In this document: piece by piece, positions 38,489-48,937 of the stretch
Layout: each line of letters starts with the position of its first letter
Position numbering within the stretch: position 1 is the first letter of the stretch
NCBI GenBank assembly: GCA_963664325.2
Contig: CAXXDQ010000004.1
Coordinates: forward strand, 320,001 to 384,000
DNA: 64,000 nt
Origin: Desulfomonilia bacterium
GTDB taxonomy: Bacteria > Desulfobacterota > Desulfomonilia > UBA1062
Direction of reading: 5' to 3'
The notes under the pieces: generated by a model
Told to the model about the DNA's origin: nothing
Seen by the model: only the letters and a program-made list of their open reading frames with translations
Databases searched by the model: none
Position numbers and translations under genes: made by a program

Positions 38489-39925
38489 TCACTTGAGATT
38501 CCCCTGCATGTCAAGCTTGAGCACGTAGAGCATGGTGGAGCTGCCGTCCCTGCTCGTTTTTCTTCCGGCTGCAATGAAGCCCCCGTCCGAGGTCTGCCCG
38601 ATGGAGTCAATCGTATGGTCGTCAATCGTATCCCCGTAATATCTGTTCCATTTCAACTCGCCTGAGGAATCGAGTTTAATCAACCATGCATCATTCGCGA
38701 ATTCTTTAATCGGGAATAATCCACAAAAAATCTTCCATTCGCAAACCCCAGCTATGCAATCATTTATTGGTAAGCAAAAATAACCTTCTATGGGGAAAAG
38801 CCATGACGATCCTCCAATAATATAGCCACCATCGCTTGTCTGGCTGATGTCATGTACAGTATTGTATCTGTTTAAAGAATTGTCTGTGATTTCCTTTCCT
38901 ATCCATTGTACCTCGCCTGTCTGGTCAAATTTTGTCGTTGTCAAGTTTGAATAGAACAGAAATTCACCGTGGGCTGCCGGTATGATTTTTGAAGCATCGT
39001 TTCCAATGCAGTAGTTATTGTTTTTTTCCCATAGGAAATCGCCCAGAGAGTCATATTTTCTTATATCGGCGCCATCATAGGTCGGTTCGACAGCTATAAA
39101 GCCTCCATCGTCAGTTTCGATAATTTCGCTCACGCTGTTGTCGAAGCCCGTCGCAGTTTTCCATATTGCCATAAAATTGCTGTCGAGCCTTATCATCACG
39201 TTTCCGTCGAGCATCGAACGGGCATAAAGAATATAGCCGCCGCCTGAAACCTTTTTAAATGATATGAGAAGAGATTCTTCATTATTTAGATAATATTGAG
39301 ACCATTCAGTGCTGCCGGAACCGTCGAGTTTGATTATAACGACTCTGCTATCGTAATCTTCGCCGACTTTCAAGAATTCCGTTGAAGCAATCACAATACC
39401 ACCATCCTCTGCCTGAACAATCGAGATATTCGGCGGGCTGTTGATATTGAAATTATCCAGTTTTCTCTCCCATTGCATGTCTCCTGCGCTGTCCAGCCTG
39501 AGGATGTTCAGCTTGCTGTCTGTGATGTCTGCGATCACATAGCCGCCGTCGTATGTCTGCAACACGGCGTTAGGGCTTCCCACATCATCATATGTTTTCT
39601 TCCAGGTGACAACCTCTCCGGATGTTACAAGGACTTTCCATGTGTGCCGGTCACTGCCGGCTGTCACCCTGACTTCATGTTCGCCGGCATCATTCCCGCC
39701 GGGAGTGTATTCATATCTGCTGACTGAACTTTCCTGCTGTACACCGTCGAGTTGCCATGAATATGTCTGAATTACGGGATAGACTCTTATTTCGAAAACC
39801 TTGGCTTCACCAGGTTTTACAACAACCTCGTTCTCATTCGGATAGGTACTTAAAATGCATCCAGAAAAGGATAATGCATATACTGTTAATGCCACCGAAA
39901 GCGAGCAAACCTTGAAGAATTTCAT
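38489..39925 (-). CDS. Lipoprotein with Ig-like N-domain and beta-propeller repeats; short member of the family at 1.3-8.1 kb
   Basis: FSGCILSTYP lipobox, VFEIRVYP..YSWQLDG, repeats QTxDGG(Y/F)I; GGAGG RBS before ATG 39925. Confidence 0.75.
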   Translation of the reverse strand: MKFFKVCSLSVALTVYALSFSGCILSTYPNENEVVVKPGEAKVFEIRVYPVIQTYSWQLDGVQQESSVSRYEYTPGGNDAGEHEVRVTAGSDRHTWKVLVTSGEVVTWKKTYDDVGSPNAVLQTYDGGYVIADITDSKLNILRLDSAGDMQWERKLDNFNINSPPNISIVQAEDGGIVIASTEFLKVGEDYDSRVVIIKLDGSGSTEWSQYYLNNEESLLISFKKVSGGGYILYARSMLDGNVMIRLDSNFMAIWKTATGFDNSVSEIIETDDGGFIAVEPTYDGADIRKYDSLGDFLWEKNNNYCIGNDASKIIPAAHGEFLFYSNLTTTKFDQTGEVQWIGKEITDNSLNRYNTVHDISQTSDGGYIIGGSSWLFPIEGYFCLPINDCIAGVCEWKIFCGLFPIKEFANDAWLIKLDSSGELKWNRYYGDTIDDHTIDSIGQTSDGGFIAAGRKTSRDGSSTMLYVLKLDMQGNLK

Positions 39926-40345
39926 GTGAACCTCCTTTTCATGATATAAAAACACAATATAATAAATTTAACAGTAAGGGCTTATCCAGTCAATCCCCGG
40001 ATTTCCATTTTAGAATATTAATAAATATTTTTTTCCGGTGAATTCACTGTTTGCGAATTGTTCATATAGCGGTATTCCGGGGAATATAAATATTATTCCG
40101 AGAGCTCCCGTTCTCTTTTGTTCCTGAAGACCTGACTGAAGGCGGATTTAATCACCCTGAAGACATGGATAAGTTAAGGGACTATTATTCATGAGAGAAC
40201 CTGGTGTCTTGAATAAGCGGTAACTAATCGTGTATTCTTCAGGACTTGATACTTTCCGGCATTTTATTTATAGTGTTTAAAGGAAATCATATTTCTTCCG
40301 ATATATTAGATTTATATATAGATATTTTACTATGGGGAGCTGAAT

Positions 40346-42268
40346 ATGAAAAAGACCATCCTTCATTCAGGCATTCTTTATGTCTTTACACTAACCGCCC
40401 TGTTGGGTTTTCATGGCTGCAAATATTTAAGAACCCCTGTCCTTGGAGACGTCTCGGTAAAAGCTGTGAGTTCAAGAAGCATTACCCTTGATAAGCCGGT
40501 ACTGACTGATGAGGGGAAGCCTGCTGCGACACTTAATGCATATATCGGCATATCTGGCAGCATAAGCGCAGAAGGGACGGTCATTTCCAATTTCCTGGAA
40601 GGACCCGTCAATGTTTTGAACAGCGGATACCAGTTTATGGGACTCGAAACGGGACAGAGCTATGACATATATGTTGTTGCAGAAAATATATCCGGAAGCA
40701 GTATAAGCAAAATATCTAACATATCCACCGAAATACCCCAGATTGACCCTGCAACCTATCCTGAAATTGCAAATGACGAGATGGGGCTGTTCAGGTGGTA
40801 CCTGTCCGTCGGCGATGATGAGATATCTGATTTCAGCAAGATTGAGGCGTATGATCCGGGACAGGGCGGGCTTTCATCCTACAGGTACAGCCTGGCCTTC
40901 ATAACATATTTCCTGACGCTTGAGCAGTACCACAAACTGCCGGCCTGCCCCGAGATAATCAAACCCAGAATGGACCGGCTTATACAGAAAATGATCGAAA
41001 AGCCGGTCTGGTCATACTGGGCGGATACAAGCCGGGGGATTGTGTACCTTGAACCTTTCATGAACAGGCCATATCCTGAAGCGCATGACCCTGTCGCCGA
41101 AAAGAACATCATGTATTCGGGTCATCTGGGGCATATGATCGCATCTTACGAAATGCTTTATCGTGACCTGAAATGGAGCGAGCCGGGCTCTATTGTATTC
41201 AAATACAGCGACACCGAGCAATTCGTTTATGACAACAATTCGCTGCAGAAGGTCTTGTATGACCAGATGTCGAACAACTGGTATCACGGCATAGTTTGCG
41301 AACCCAATGCAGTTTTCCCCGAGTGCAACCAGCACCCGGTTTTATCGTTGATGCTGTACGACAGCGTTCATGGAAAGGACTACAGCAAGGTCAGGGACAA
41401 GTTCATGGACTTCTTCCTCAAGAGCATGATGATAAACCCGGTGAGTCATGAGACCTGTCTGTTTTTCCTGGTTAAGCAGAAAACTACCGTGTCGCAGGAA
41501 TTTGCAAATTTCGGCAACGGTTTATCGCTTCTCACCATACCGCTTGCATGGTCGGGGCTCCTTAATATAAGGACGTCGGTGGCAAACGGCTGGAATGGCA
41601 CATTTATGCACGCATGGCAGCCAGAATTCATAGAAAGGCATTATCCTTACCAGAAGGAAAGGCGTCTTATCGAGCCTGATGAAAACACGGCTTATCTTAA
41701 GACAGAAATGATCCTTGACCAGATCGTTACCCCGTTTTTCGCAATGCTTGCTTCAGAGGTAGGAGATCTTGAAACCAGGGATAAGCTTATTAACTGGTGC
41801 AGGGATTACTACAAGCCTGTCTGGGAAGACGGGATGCTTAAATATCCGGTAAACGAACCTGTTACGATAATTAATCCCAATAATGGATTTACAGCCAGCT
41901 CTCAGGCCCTTACCGGCATATTGATTGCGTATGCAATGGCCAATACAAAAGACGGCCAGAAGGATGTCATCGCAAGTCCGTTTACTGAAAGGAATTTTAC
42001 CTCGCCCATAGTAACAGGGGTGGATTATCCCAATGTAGTGTTGAGACGCGCCATATACGACTTCGAGAAAGAGACCTTGATTGTTTCAACTGAAGGCGGC
42101 GCATTAAAGAACGGTTCAACCTCAATTTCGATAGAGCAGCTCGATCCTTCAAGGACCTGGTGTCTCATCATAGACGGCTGTCCTGCTGGAAATTTTTCAG
42201 GGATTTCTTCAATGCCTATTGAAGTCGGCCTCGATCAAAAGCACGATATAGTTCTGATTGCTGAATAA
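40346..42268 (+). CDS. Lipoprotein with a linalool dehydratase/isomerase-like catalytic domain
   Basis: FHGC lipobox; VAEKNIMYSGHL and GIVCEPNAVFPECNQ resemble the Ldi NIMYKGHL and GIVCEPxxxFxQCN motifs. Confidence 0.78.
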   Translation: MKKTILHSGILYVFTLTALLGFHGCKYLRTPVLGDVSVKAVSSRSITLDKPVLTDEGKPAATLNAYIGISGSISAEGTVISNFLEGPVNVLNSGYQFMGLETGQSYDIYVVAENISGSSISKISNISTEIPQIDPATYPEIANDEMGLFRWYLSVGDDEISDFSKIEAYDPGQGGLSSYRYSLAFITYFLTLEQYHKLPACPEIIKPRMDRLIQKMIEKPVWSYWADTSRGIVYLEPFMNRPYPEAHDPVAEKNIMYSGHLGHMIASYEMLYRDLKWSEPGSIVFKYSDTEQFVYDNNSLQKVLYDQMSNNWYHGIVCEPNAVFPECNQHPVLSLMLYDSVHGKDYSKVRDKFMDFFLKSMMINPVSHETCLFFLVKQKTTVSQEFANFGNGLSLLTIPLAWSGLLNIRTSVANGWNGTFMHAWQPEFIERHYPYQKERRLIEPDENTAYLKTEMILDQIVTPFFAMLASEVGDLETRDKLINWCRDYYKPVWEDGMLKYPVNEPVTIINPNNGFTASSQALTGILIAYAMANTKDGQKDVIASPFTERNFTSPIVTGVDYPNVVLRRAIYDFEKETLIVSTEGGALKNGSTSISIEQLDPSRTWCLIIDGCPAGNFSGISSMPIEVGLDQKHDIVLIAE

Positions 42269-42294
42269 TATTTTTCGGCAAGCAAAATCAGATT

Positions 42295-42327
42295 AACCCG
42301 GGCAAGAAAACTTTGCTTGTCCGGGTT
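42295..42327. terminator. Hairpin between convergent genes
   Basis: AACCCGGGCAAG-N9-CTTGTCCGGGTT. Confidence 0.55.
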
Positions 42328-42341
42328 TCTTCATGTCTTTG

Positions 42342-43208
42342 TCATGAAGGCATTGCGGGTGCATCATGTACTTTTTTTACTACGCACTGTGCGATAAAGA
42401 CCATCCAGATTATAAGGCCGATATGCAGTACGTCGTTGGCACAAAACCAGATGCCCTGCTTCCACAGCCTTTCGGTCAATCCCGAGAACAGGTAGGCGAA
42501 ATAGGCCAGGTTCACCAGCCCGAGGGAAAGCCATGCAATCATCAGCGAGCGATCCATGCTTTCTTTATGTTTCAGATAGCGCCTCGTATTGATGATAAAC
42601 AATGCGAGGAAGCTTGGCGTAGTAAAGAGAAGCATGAGTTCGAAGGAAACCATGAATTTATTGGGTATGAACGCACCGGCTAAAACTACGCCGAAGTAAA
42701 CAAGCGTATTCGCAAAGGCATAGGAAGAAAGCGTCCGGCGTGCCAGGCCTTCAGCACTGGAATAGGCCACTGCCTTCATTATGGCATTGATGCTGATCAC
42801 GGTGCATATGAGGTAGTATACCTCCCACCAGCTGGTCCATTCACACACAGCGCGGCCTGCACATTTGATCTCATAGCTGAAGGCCTGATAGCTGGTCCCG
42901 GCCAGCAACGCACCGGCCCCCCAGAATAGAAGGCCTATACCCCACCACAGGCGCGATTTTTCATTTTCTCTAATTCGCAGGGCATATATCCCAATTAGAA
43001 TGGTCAGCACGCCCAGGAGGTATATGAAAAAAGTGGAGCTCGGAACGGCCAGGACAAAGTTAAGAGCCCCTATTGAAATGTTCGTGCAGGGCTGGCTGCT
43101 GCACCATGTTTCCGGGGTCTGTTCCGGACAGCAGTACGGTATGGTTTTCAGCCTGCCGCAGCCTAACAAAGTTACCAGTGCAGTAAGCATCCATATTGAA
43201 CGTTTCAT
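42342..43208 (-). CDS. Multi-pass membrane protein with N-terminal lipobox and Cys-rich loop
   Basis: [17 protein letters not shown], about 7 hydrophobic helices, NDVLH near the C-terminus; GGAGG RBS. Confidence 0.65.
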   Translation of the reverse strand: MKRSIWMLTALVTLLGCGRLKTIPYCCPEQTPETWCSSQPCTNISIGALNFVLAVPSSTFFIYLLGVLTILIGIYALRIRENEKSRLWWGIGLLFWGAGALLAGTSYQAFSYEIKCAGRAVCEWTSWWEVYYLICTVISINAIMKAVAYSSAEGLARRTLSSYAFANTLVYFGVVLAGAFIPNKFMVSFELMLLFTTPSFLALFIINTRRYLKHKESMDRSLMIAWLSLGLVNLAYFAYLFSGLTERLWKQGIWFCANDVLHIGLIIWMVFIAQCVVKKVHDAPAMPS

Positions 43209-43619
43209 GCCGCCTCCCGGAAAATCAAATTTACTGTACATGCTGAAACTATTGGGTCATATCCGCTGTTCTTGTTGATAGTATAATAGGAGGGCGACCG
43301 TAAGACAAGGGCCATGAAGCTGTATTGAACTATCATGAAAGCTGTTAGGTGACGTTCCTTATATTATAAAAATCTGCTTATTTTCAACTTGATTATCTGA
43401 TGATCGGCTCGTGAAATATAAAAAAGTGGCCAGGCTTTATGATGAATGCGATATCGGCCAGCAGGCTGGTTTTGTAAGGTTAAATTTCGTCTTCACGAGA
43501 TCAAGTCATGAAGAACGGCTTATAAGGACCGGTGATGCCGTTTCAGCGAACAAAAAATAATTGTCAATTTAAACGGATACTGTCTTGACGGATTTTGAGT
43601 AACCCTGCAAAGTAGGCCC

Positions 43620-44147
43620 ATGCTGATTGAATTTGGAGGGAAGAAACCGAACATCGCAGGCGGCGTATTCATTGCGCCCAATGCCACTATAATCGGCGAT
43701 GTTGAGATCGGTGAGGGCTCAAGCATCTGGTACGGTGCCGTTATCCGCGGCGACCTCAATGCAATAAGGATCGGCAGGTTTTCCAACATTCAGGACAACT
43801 GCACGATCCATGTCGACAGTAAAAATATGGCCGTAATCGGCGATTATGTAACAATCGGCCATAACGCGGTTCTGCACGGTTGCCGCATAGGCGAAGGCTC
43901 GGTTATCGGCCTGGGTTCAGTAATCCTGAACGGTTCTGTTGTCGGGAAGGGCTCAATCGTTGCCGCCGGAACTGTTGTCAAAGAAAAACAGGAGATAGGC
44001 GAGAGCCAGCTTGTTGCTGGTTCTCCCGCAGTATTCAAGCGCGAACTAGAAGAAAACAGCGTAATTGCCAACAGGGAACCGGCTATGATTTATGTTGAGC
44101 TTGCAAAAAAACATGCTCAGTCAAATGGGAGACAATATGAAACTTAA
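43620..44147 (+). CDS. Gamma carbonic anhydrase family (YrdA/CaiE-like)
   Basis: Hexapeptide repeats, IRGD, NIQDNCTIH, IGHNAVLHGC. Confidence 0.92.
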   Translation: MLIEFGGKKPNIAGGVFIAPNATIIGDVEIGEGSSIWYGAVIRGDLNAIRIGRFSNIQDNCTIHVDSKNMAVIGDYVTIGHNAVLHGCRIGEGSVIGLGSVILNGSVVGKGSIVAAGTVVKEKQEIGESQLVAGSPAVFKRELEENSVIANREPAMIYVELAKKHAQSNGRQYET

Positions 44148-45330
44148 CCTTGAAAAATACACGGATGTCCTTTTCTGGGGACTGACCACGGCCCGCACGC
44201 AGAAATTCAAAAAAGGCGATGTCATCCTGCTCAGGTATGAACTGCCCGCCTTAAGCCTGGCTGAAACCGTTTATTCAAAGCTTGTCAGTATGGGGTATAA
44301 TGTCATTCCCAGGGCAGGTATTACGCCGGTAATGGAAAAAGGGTTTTACAGCCTGTCTGATGACAGGCAGCTTACATTCAGGGTGCCGGGCAATGAGGAG
44401 CTTTATAAGAGTCTGAACGGAAGCATTTTTCTGATCGCGCCCGCCTCCCTCACCCACCTGGCCGGTATTGACCCGAAACGCATAGGCAAAGCAGCGGTGG
44501 CCCAGAAATACCTGCGCGACATCCTGGATAAGCGTGAAGAGCTGGGGCTTTTCAGCTGGACCCTGTGCATGTATCCGACAGATGAACTGGCCAGACACGC
44601 GGGCCTTTCAATTGATGATTACACCGACCAGATAGCCAAGGCCGCCTTTTTGAAAGACAAGGACCCCGTAGCCAGGTGGAAAGGGGTTTACAGGGAAGTG
44701 ACCCAGATTAAGAAACGCCTCAATTCCATGAAAGCGCTTGAATACCATGTGGAAAGCGCAAACACAGACCTGGTGATAACACCAGGCGAAATGAGAAAAT
44801 GGATAGGTATTTCCGGGCACAACATACCGAGCTTTGAAATATTCCTGTCTCCCGACTGGCATGGGACAAAGGGTGTTTACTTTGCGGACCAGCCTTCGTA
44901 CAGGAGCGGCAATCTTGTAAAAGGACTGAGGCTTGAATTCAAGGGCGGCCGTGCAGTCAGGATTGACGCCGCAGAAGGGGCCGACTTTGCCCGTAAGCAG
45001 ATTTCAATGGATAAAGGGGCAGCCCAGGTGGGTGAATTTTCACTGACGGACAAACGTTTTTCAAAGATAGACCGGTTCATGGCCAATACGCTCTTTGACG
45101 AAAACTTCGGCGGGAAATCAGGCAACTGCCATATCGCGGTCGGAGCATCCTTTTCCGATACTTATTCAGGCGACCCGTCCGAACTGACGAAAGAGAAAAA
45201 GGCGGCGCTCGGTTTCAATGACTCGGCCCTTCACTGGGACCTCGTGAACACTGAAAGGAAAAGGGTTACGGCGAAGCTGAAAGACGGGAGAAGCTTAACG
45301 ATATATGAGAATGGAGCATTCATCTTATAA
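44137..45330 (+). CDS. Aminopeptidase, M29 family
   Basis: NIPSFEIF, VGEFSL, LFDENFGG..CHIAVG, SALHWDLV. Confidence 0.88.
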   Translation: MKLNLEKYTDVLFWGLTTARTQKFKKGDVILLRYELPALSLAETVYSKLVSMGYNVIPRAGITPVMEKGFYSLSDDRQLTFRVPGNEELYKSLNGSIFLIAPASLTHLAGIDPKRIGKAAVAQKYLRDILDKREELGLFSWTLCMYPTDELARHAGLSIDDYTDQIAKAAFLKDKDPVARWKGVYREVTQIKKRLNSMKALEYHVESANTDLVITPGEMRKWIGISGHNIPSFEIFLSPDWHGTKGVYFADQPSYRSGNLVKGLRLEFKGGRAVRIDAAEGADFARKQISMDKGAAQVGEFSLTDKRFSKIDRFMANTLFDENFGGKSGNCHIAVGASFSDTYSGDPSELTKEKKAALGFNDSALHWDLVNTERKRVTAKLKDGRSLTIYENGAFIL

Positions 45331-45425
45331 ATCCGGTTTGCATCCAAGATGAGGCGGGAAGCATTCCTGTACAAAAGGCATTGAGCGGTATTTGAGCGCA
45401 GATCGAAAAAAGAACGGAGGAATTA

Positions 45426-47111
45426 ATGGCGGGCGAACCTAACAAAATCATCTATTCCATGATGCGCGTAAGCAAGCGCTATGAAAAAAAGGAAGTCATC
45501 AAGGATATATCGCTGTCCTATTTTTACGGCGCAAAAATCGGAGTGCTCGGCCTGAACGGCTCGGGAAAGAGCTCGCTTTTAAGAATAATGGCGGGCGTTG
45601 ACAATGCATTTGACGGCCAGGCCGTGCTCTCGCCGGGTTATACGGTCGGCTATCTGGAGCAGGAACCTCTTATCGATGAAACAAGGACCGTCCGCCAGGT
45701 GGTTGAGGAGGGAGTTCAGGAGACGGTAGACCTGCTGAACGAGTTCAACGAAATAAACATGAAATTTGCCGAACCCATGGATGATGAAGAAATGAATAAA
45801 CTTATCGAACGCCAGGGGGCGGTGCAGGAGAAGCTGGACCATTTGAATGCATGGGATATGGATTCGCGCCTTGAAATGGCCATGGATGCATTACGCTGTC
45901 CGGGGGGCGATATGCCTGTCAAGGTGCTCTCGGGCGGTGAAAAGCGCCGGGTCGCATTGTGCCGCCTTCTCCTTCAAAAACCCGATATCCTTCTGCTCGA
46001 CGAGCCGACCAACCACCTCGACGCCGAGACCGTGGCATGGCTTGAGCACCACCTCCAGCGCTATGAGGGGACGATCATTGCAGTAACGCATGACCGCTAT
46101 TTTCTGGACAATGTCGCAGGTTGGATACTGGAGCTTGACCGCGGCCAAGGCATTCCCTGGAAAGGAAATTATTCTTCATGGCTGTCTCAAAAACAGGAAA
46201 GGCTGCGCCTTGAGGAAAAGGGCGAAACTGACCGCCAGAAAACCCTCGAGCGCGAGCTGGACTGGATACGCATGAGCCCGAAAGGCCGTCATGCAAAGGC
46301 CAAGGCCCGCATAACCGCTTATGAGGACCTGCTCGGCCGCGAGTCTGAAATCCGTTCAAAAGACCTTGAAATCTATATCCCGCCCGGACCAAGGCTTGGA
46401 AATGTGGTGATCGAATCCAAAGCCTTATCCAAGGCCTATGGCGACAATCTGCTTTTTGAAAACATGAACTTCATGCTGCCGCCGGGCGGCATCATCGGCG
46501 TAATCGGCCCGAACGGGGCTGGAAAGACAACGCTCTTCAAAATGATTACAAGAAGGGAAGTGCCCGATTCAGGGGAGATCCGCATCGGTGAAACGGTTCA
46601 GCTGGCTTACGTTGACCAGAGCAGGGATGCGCTCAACCCGGATAAAACTATATGGGAAACCATTTCAGGGGGAAATGACACGATAATCTTGGGAGGACGG
46701 GAGGTTAATTCACGCGCCTATGTGGCGCGATATAACTTCTCGGGCACCGACCAGCAGAAAAAGCTGAGTGCACTCTCGGGCGGCGAGAGAAACCGCGTTC
46801 ACCTTGCCATGATGCTGAAAAGCGGCGCGAACGTCATCCTTCTCGACGAGCCGACAAACGATCTCGACGTCAACACAATGCGAGCGCTTGAGGAGGCGCT
46901 TGAAAACTTTGCAGGCTGCGCTGTCGTTATCAGCCATGACCGCTGGTTTCTGGACCGTATCGCAACACACATCCTTGCCTTTGAAGGCGACAGCTCTGTC
47001 ACATGGTTTGACGGCAACTACACGGAATACGAGGAAGATAAAAAAAGGCGCCTGGGTGCCGCAGCTGACACCCCGCACAGGATCAAGTACAGGAGATTGA
47101 CCAGGGCGTAG
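45426..47111 (+). CDS. ettA: Energy-dependent translational throttle ABC-F ATPase
   Basis: Two ABC domains (GLNGSGKS, GPNGAGKT; LSGGE; LLDEPTN), no TM, C-terminal PHRIKYRRL. Confidence 0.95.
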   Translation: MAGEPNKIIYSMMRVSKRYEKKEVIKDISLSYFYGAKIGVLGLNGSGKSSLLRIMAGVDNAFDGQAVLSPGYTVGYLEQEPLIDETRTVRQVVEEGVQETVDLLNEFNEINMKFAEPMDDEEMNKLIERQGAVQEKLDHLNAWDMDSRLEMAMDALRCPGGDMPVKVLSGGEKRRVALCRLLLQKPDILLLDEPTNHLDAETVAWLEHHLQRYEGTIIAVTHDRYFLDNVAGWILELDRGQGIPWKGNYSSWLSQKQERLRLEEKGETDRQKTLERELDWIRMSPKGRHAKAKARITAYEDLLGRESEIRSKDLEIYIPPGPRLGNVVIESKALSKAYGDNLLFENMNFMLPPGGIIGVIGPNGAGKTTLFKMITRREVPDSGEIRIGETVQLAYVDQSRDALNPDKTIWETISGGNDTIILGGREVNSRAYVARYNFSGTDQQKKLSALSGGERNRVHLAMMLKSGANVILLDEPTNDLDVNTMRALEEALENFAGCAVVISHDRWFLDRIATHILAFEGDSSVTWFDGNYTEYEEDKKRRLGAAADTPHRIKYRRLTRA

Positions 47112-47246
47112 AATACCTGATGAACTGTCAGGCTGATAAACATGAAAGAATTGAACAGGTCGGTTAGGATTAACATGCGACAGCAGCTTTTGCTTGACAG
47201 CTAACCGACTCAGCAATTTTACAGCTTTTTAAAAGGAGGTAAACAT

Positions 47247-48926
47247 ATGGAAGAAAGAGAAGCGTATGACCTGAAATCGGTCAAGCTGCCCAGGCTGGCG
47301 GGAAAACCGCTGAAGGCTTTCGTAAAACTGCTTGATTCCGGACTGAGCCCTCTCCTGATCCCCAAGCTGATGAAAGATGCAGGTATAACCGCGCTCCGGG
47401 AACTTGAAATCGGCGAGCCGCCTACATTTTACCCCTACTGGAATTTTACAGGCAGCCCGGCAAAGGGTCATGCGGAATTGCCCGTGATGGAAGACGGCTC
47501 CAATTCGGAAGGCTTTATATTCACGTCATCCGCCGAGTATGTATCGGCCTACAAAGAGGGCCGTATCTCTCCCGTCGATGTTGCCGAAAAACTCATCAAG
47601 GCAATTGCTGACAGCAATTCGGCTACTCCGCCGCTCAGGGCGATTATTGCCTTGTATAAAGACGAAGTGATCAGGCATGCGAAAGCCTCTGAACTTCGCT
47701 ACAGGGAAGGCAGATCCCTGGGGCCCTTTGATGGTGTACCTGTAGGCGTCAAGGACGAAGTTGATATGGTCCCGTACCCGACGAATGTCGGCACAAAATT
47801 TATAGGCGAACACCCGGCAAAAGAGGATGCAACTGTTGTCGCAAGAATGCGGGCGGCAGGAGCCATGCTTATCGGAAAAGCCAACATGCATGAAATAGGC
47901 ATCGGCGTAACCGGCCAGAATCCGCATCACGGCTTTGCAAGGAATCCTTACAACCCCGATCACTACACGGGCGGCAGTTCAAGCGGGCCCGCTTCAGCCG
48001 TAGGCGCGGGGCTGTGCCCAGTGGCAATTGGCGCCGACGGCGGCGGTTCGATCCGCATACCGTCATCTTTTTGCGGTGTTGTCGGCATCAAGCCGACCTT
48101 TGCGCGCGTAAGCGAATATGGCGCCGCGCCTTTATGCTGGAGTGTCGGGCACATCGGTCCGATTGCCGCAAGCGTAAAAGATGCGGTGTTGTCTTATGCA
48201 GTAATGGCTGGCCCCGATAATAAGGATGTCAACTCCCAAAAACAGCCCGAGCCTGTTTTTGACGGCATTATGAACACAGATCTCAAAGGATTGAAGCTCG
48301 GCGTTTACTGGCCCTGGTTCAGGCATGCAAGCCCTGATGTGGTTTCAAGGTGCGAGGCCATGCTCAACTATCTTGCTGGCCTTGGCGCAGATGTGGTTGA
48401 CGTAACCATACCCGGGCTGGAAGCCGCACGTGTAAGCCACGTGATAACCATAACATCCGAGATGTGCAATACCATGGACCGCTACTGGAAGGAGCACAAA
48501 AACGATTTCAGCCTTGAAGTGAAAACAAGCCTCTTGCTGGCGCGCACCTTCACGGCCAGGGATTATGTCCAGGCGCAGCGCATGCGTACAAGGACCATAG
48601 AGAACTTCAGCAAGGCGCTCAAAAAAGTAAATGCCATAGCAACTCCAGCCACAGGCATAACCGCTCCAAAAATCCCTTTGGATGCGCTGCCTGATGGCGA
48701 TTCCGACCTGACGACGCTTACTGAAATTATGCGCTTTGCCGCGGCCGCCAACTTTACCGGCCTGCCTGCAATTTCATTTCCGGCGGGTTACGACAGTGCC
48801 GGTCTGCCCGTAGGATTTCAGGCCATGGGCCGGCCTTGGGAAGAGCATGTCCTTTTCAGGCTGGCCTATGCCGGTGAGCGGTTTGTTGTCAGAAAGAAGC
48901 CGCAGGTTTTATACAATATACTGTAA
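47247..48926 (+). CDS. Amidase-signature enzyme (fatty acid amide hydrolase-like)
   Basis: GVPVGVKD, TGGSSSG, GADGGGSIRIPS. Confidence 0.88.
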   Translation: MEEREAYDLKSVKLPRLAGKPLKAFVKLLDSGLSPLLIPKLMKDAGITALRELEIGEPPTFYPYWNFTGSPAKGHAELPVMEDGSNSEGFIFTSSAEYVSAYKEGRISPVDVAEKLIKAIADSNSATPPLRAIIALYKDEVIRHAKASELRYREGRSLGPFDGVPVGVKDEVDMVPYPTNVGTKFIGEHPAKEDATVVARMRAAGAMLIGKANMHEIGIGVTGQNPHHGFARNPYNPDHYTGGSSSGPASAVGAGLCPVAIGADGGGSIRIPSSFCGVVGIKPTFARVSEYGAAPLCWSVGHIGPIAASVKDAVLSYAVMAGPDNKDVNSQKQPEPVFDGIMNTDLKGLKLGVYWPWFRHASPDVVSRCEAMLNYLAGLGADVVDVTIPGLEAARVSHVITITSEMCNTMDRYWKEHKNDFSLEVKTSLLLARTFTARDYVQAQRMRTRTIENFSKALKKVNAIATPATGITAPKIPLDALPDGDSDLTTLTEIMRFAAAANFTGLPAISFPAGYDSAGLPVGFQAMGRPWEEHVLFRLAYAGERFVVRKKPQVLYNIL

Positions 48927-48937
48927 AGGAACAGAGC

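Noticed and set aside
39960-43610. Short protein-like reading-frame fragments in the intergenic stretches ~40100-40200 and ~43400-43560
   Set aside because: No RBS/start or family motif; cannot be distinguished from chance
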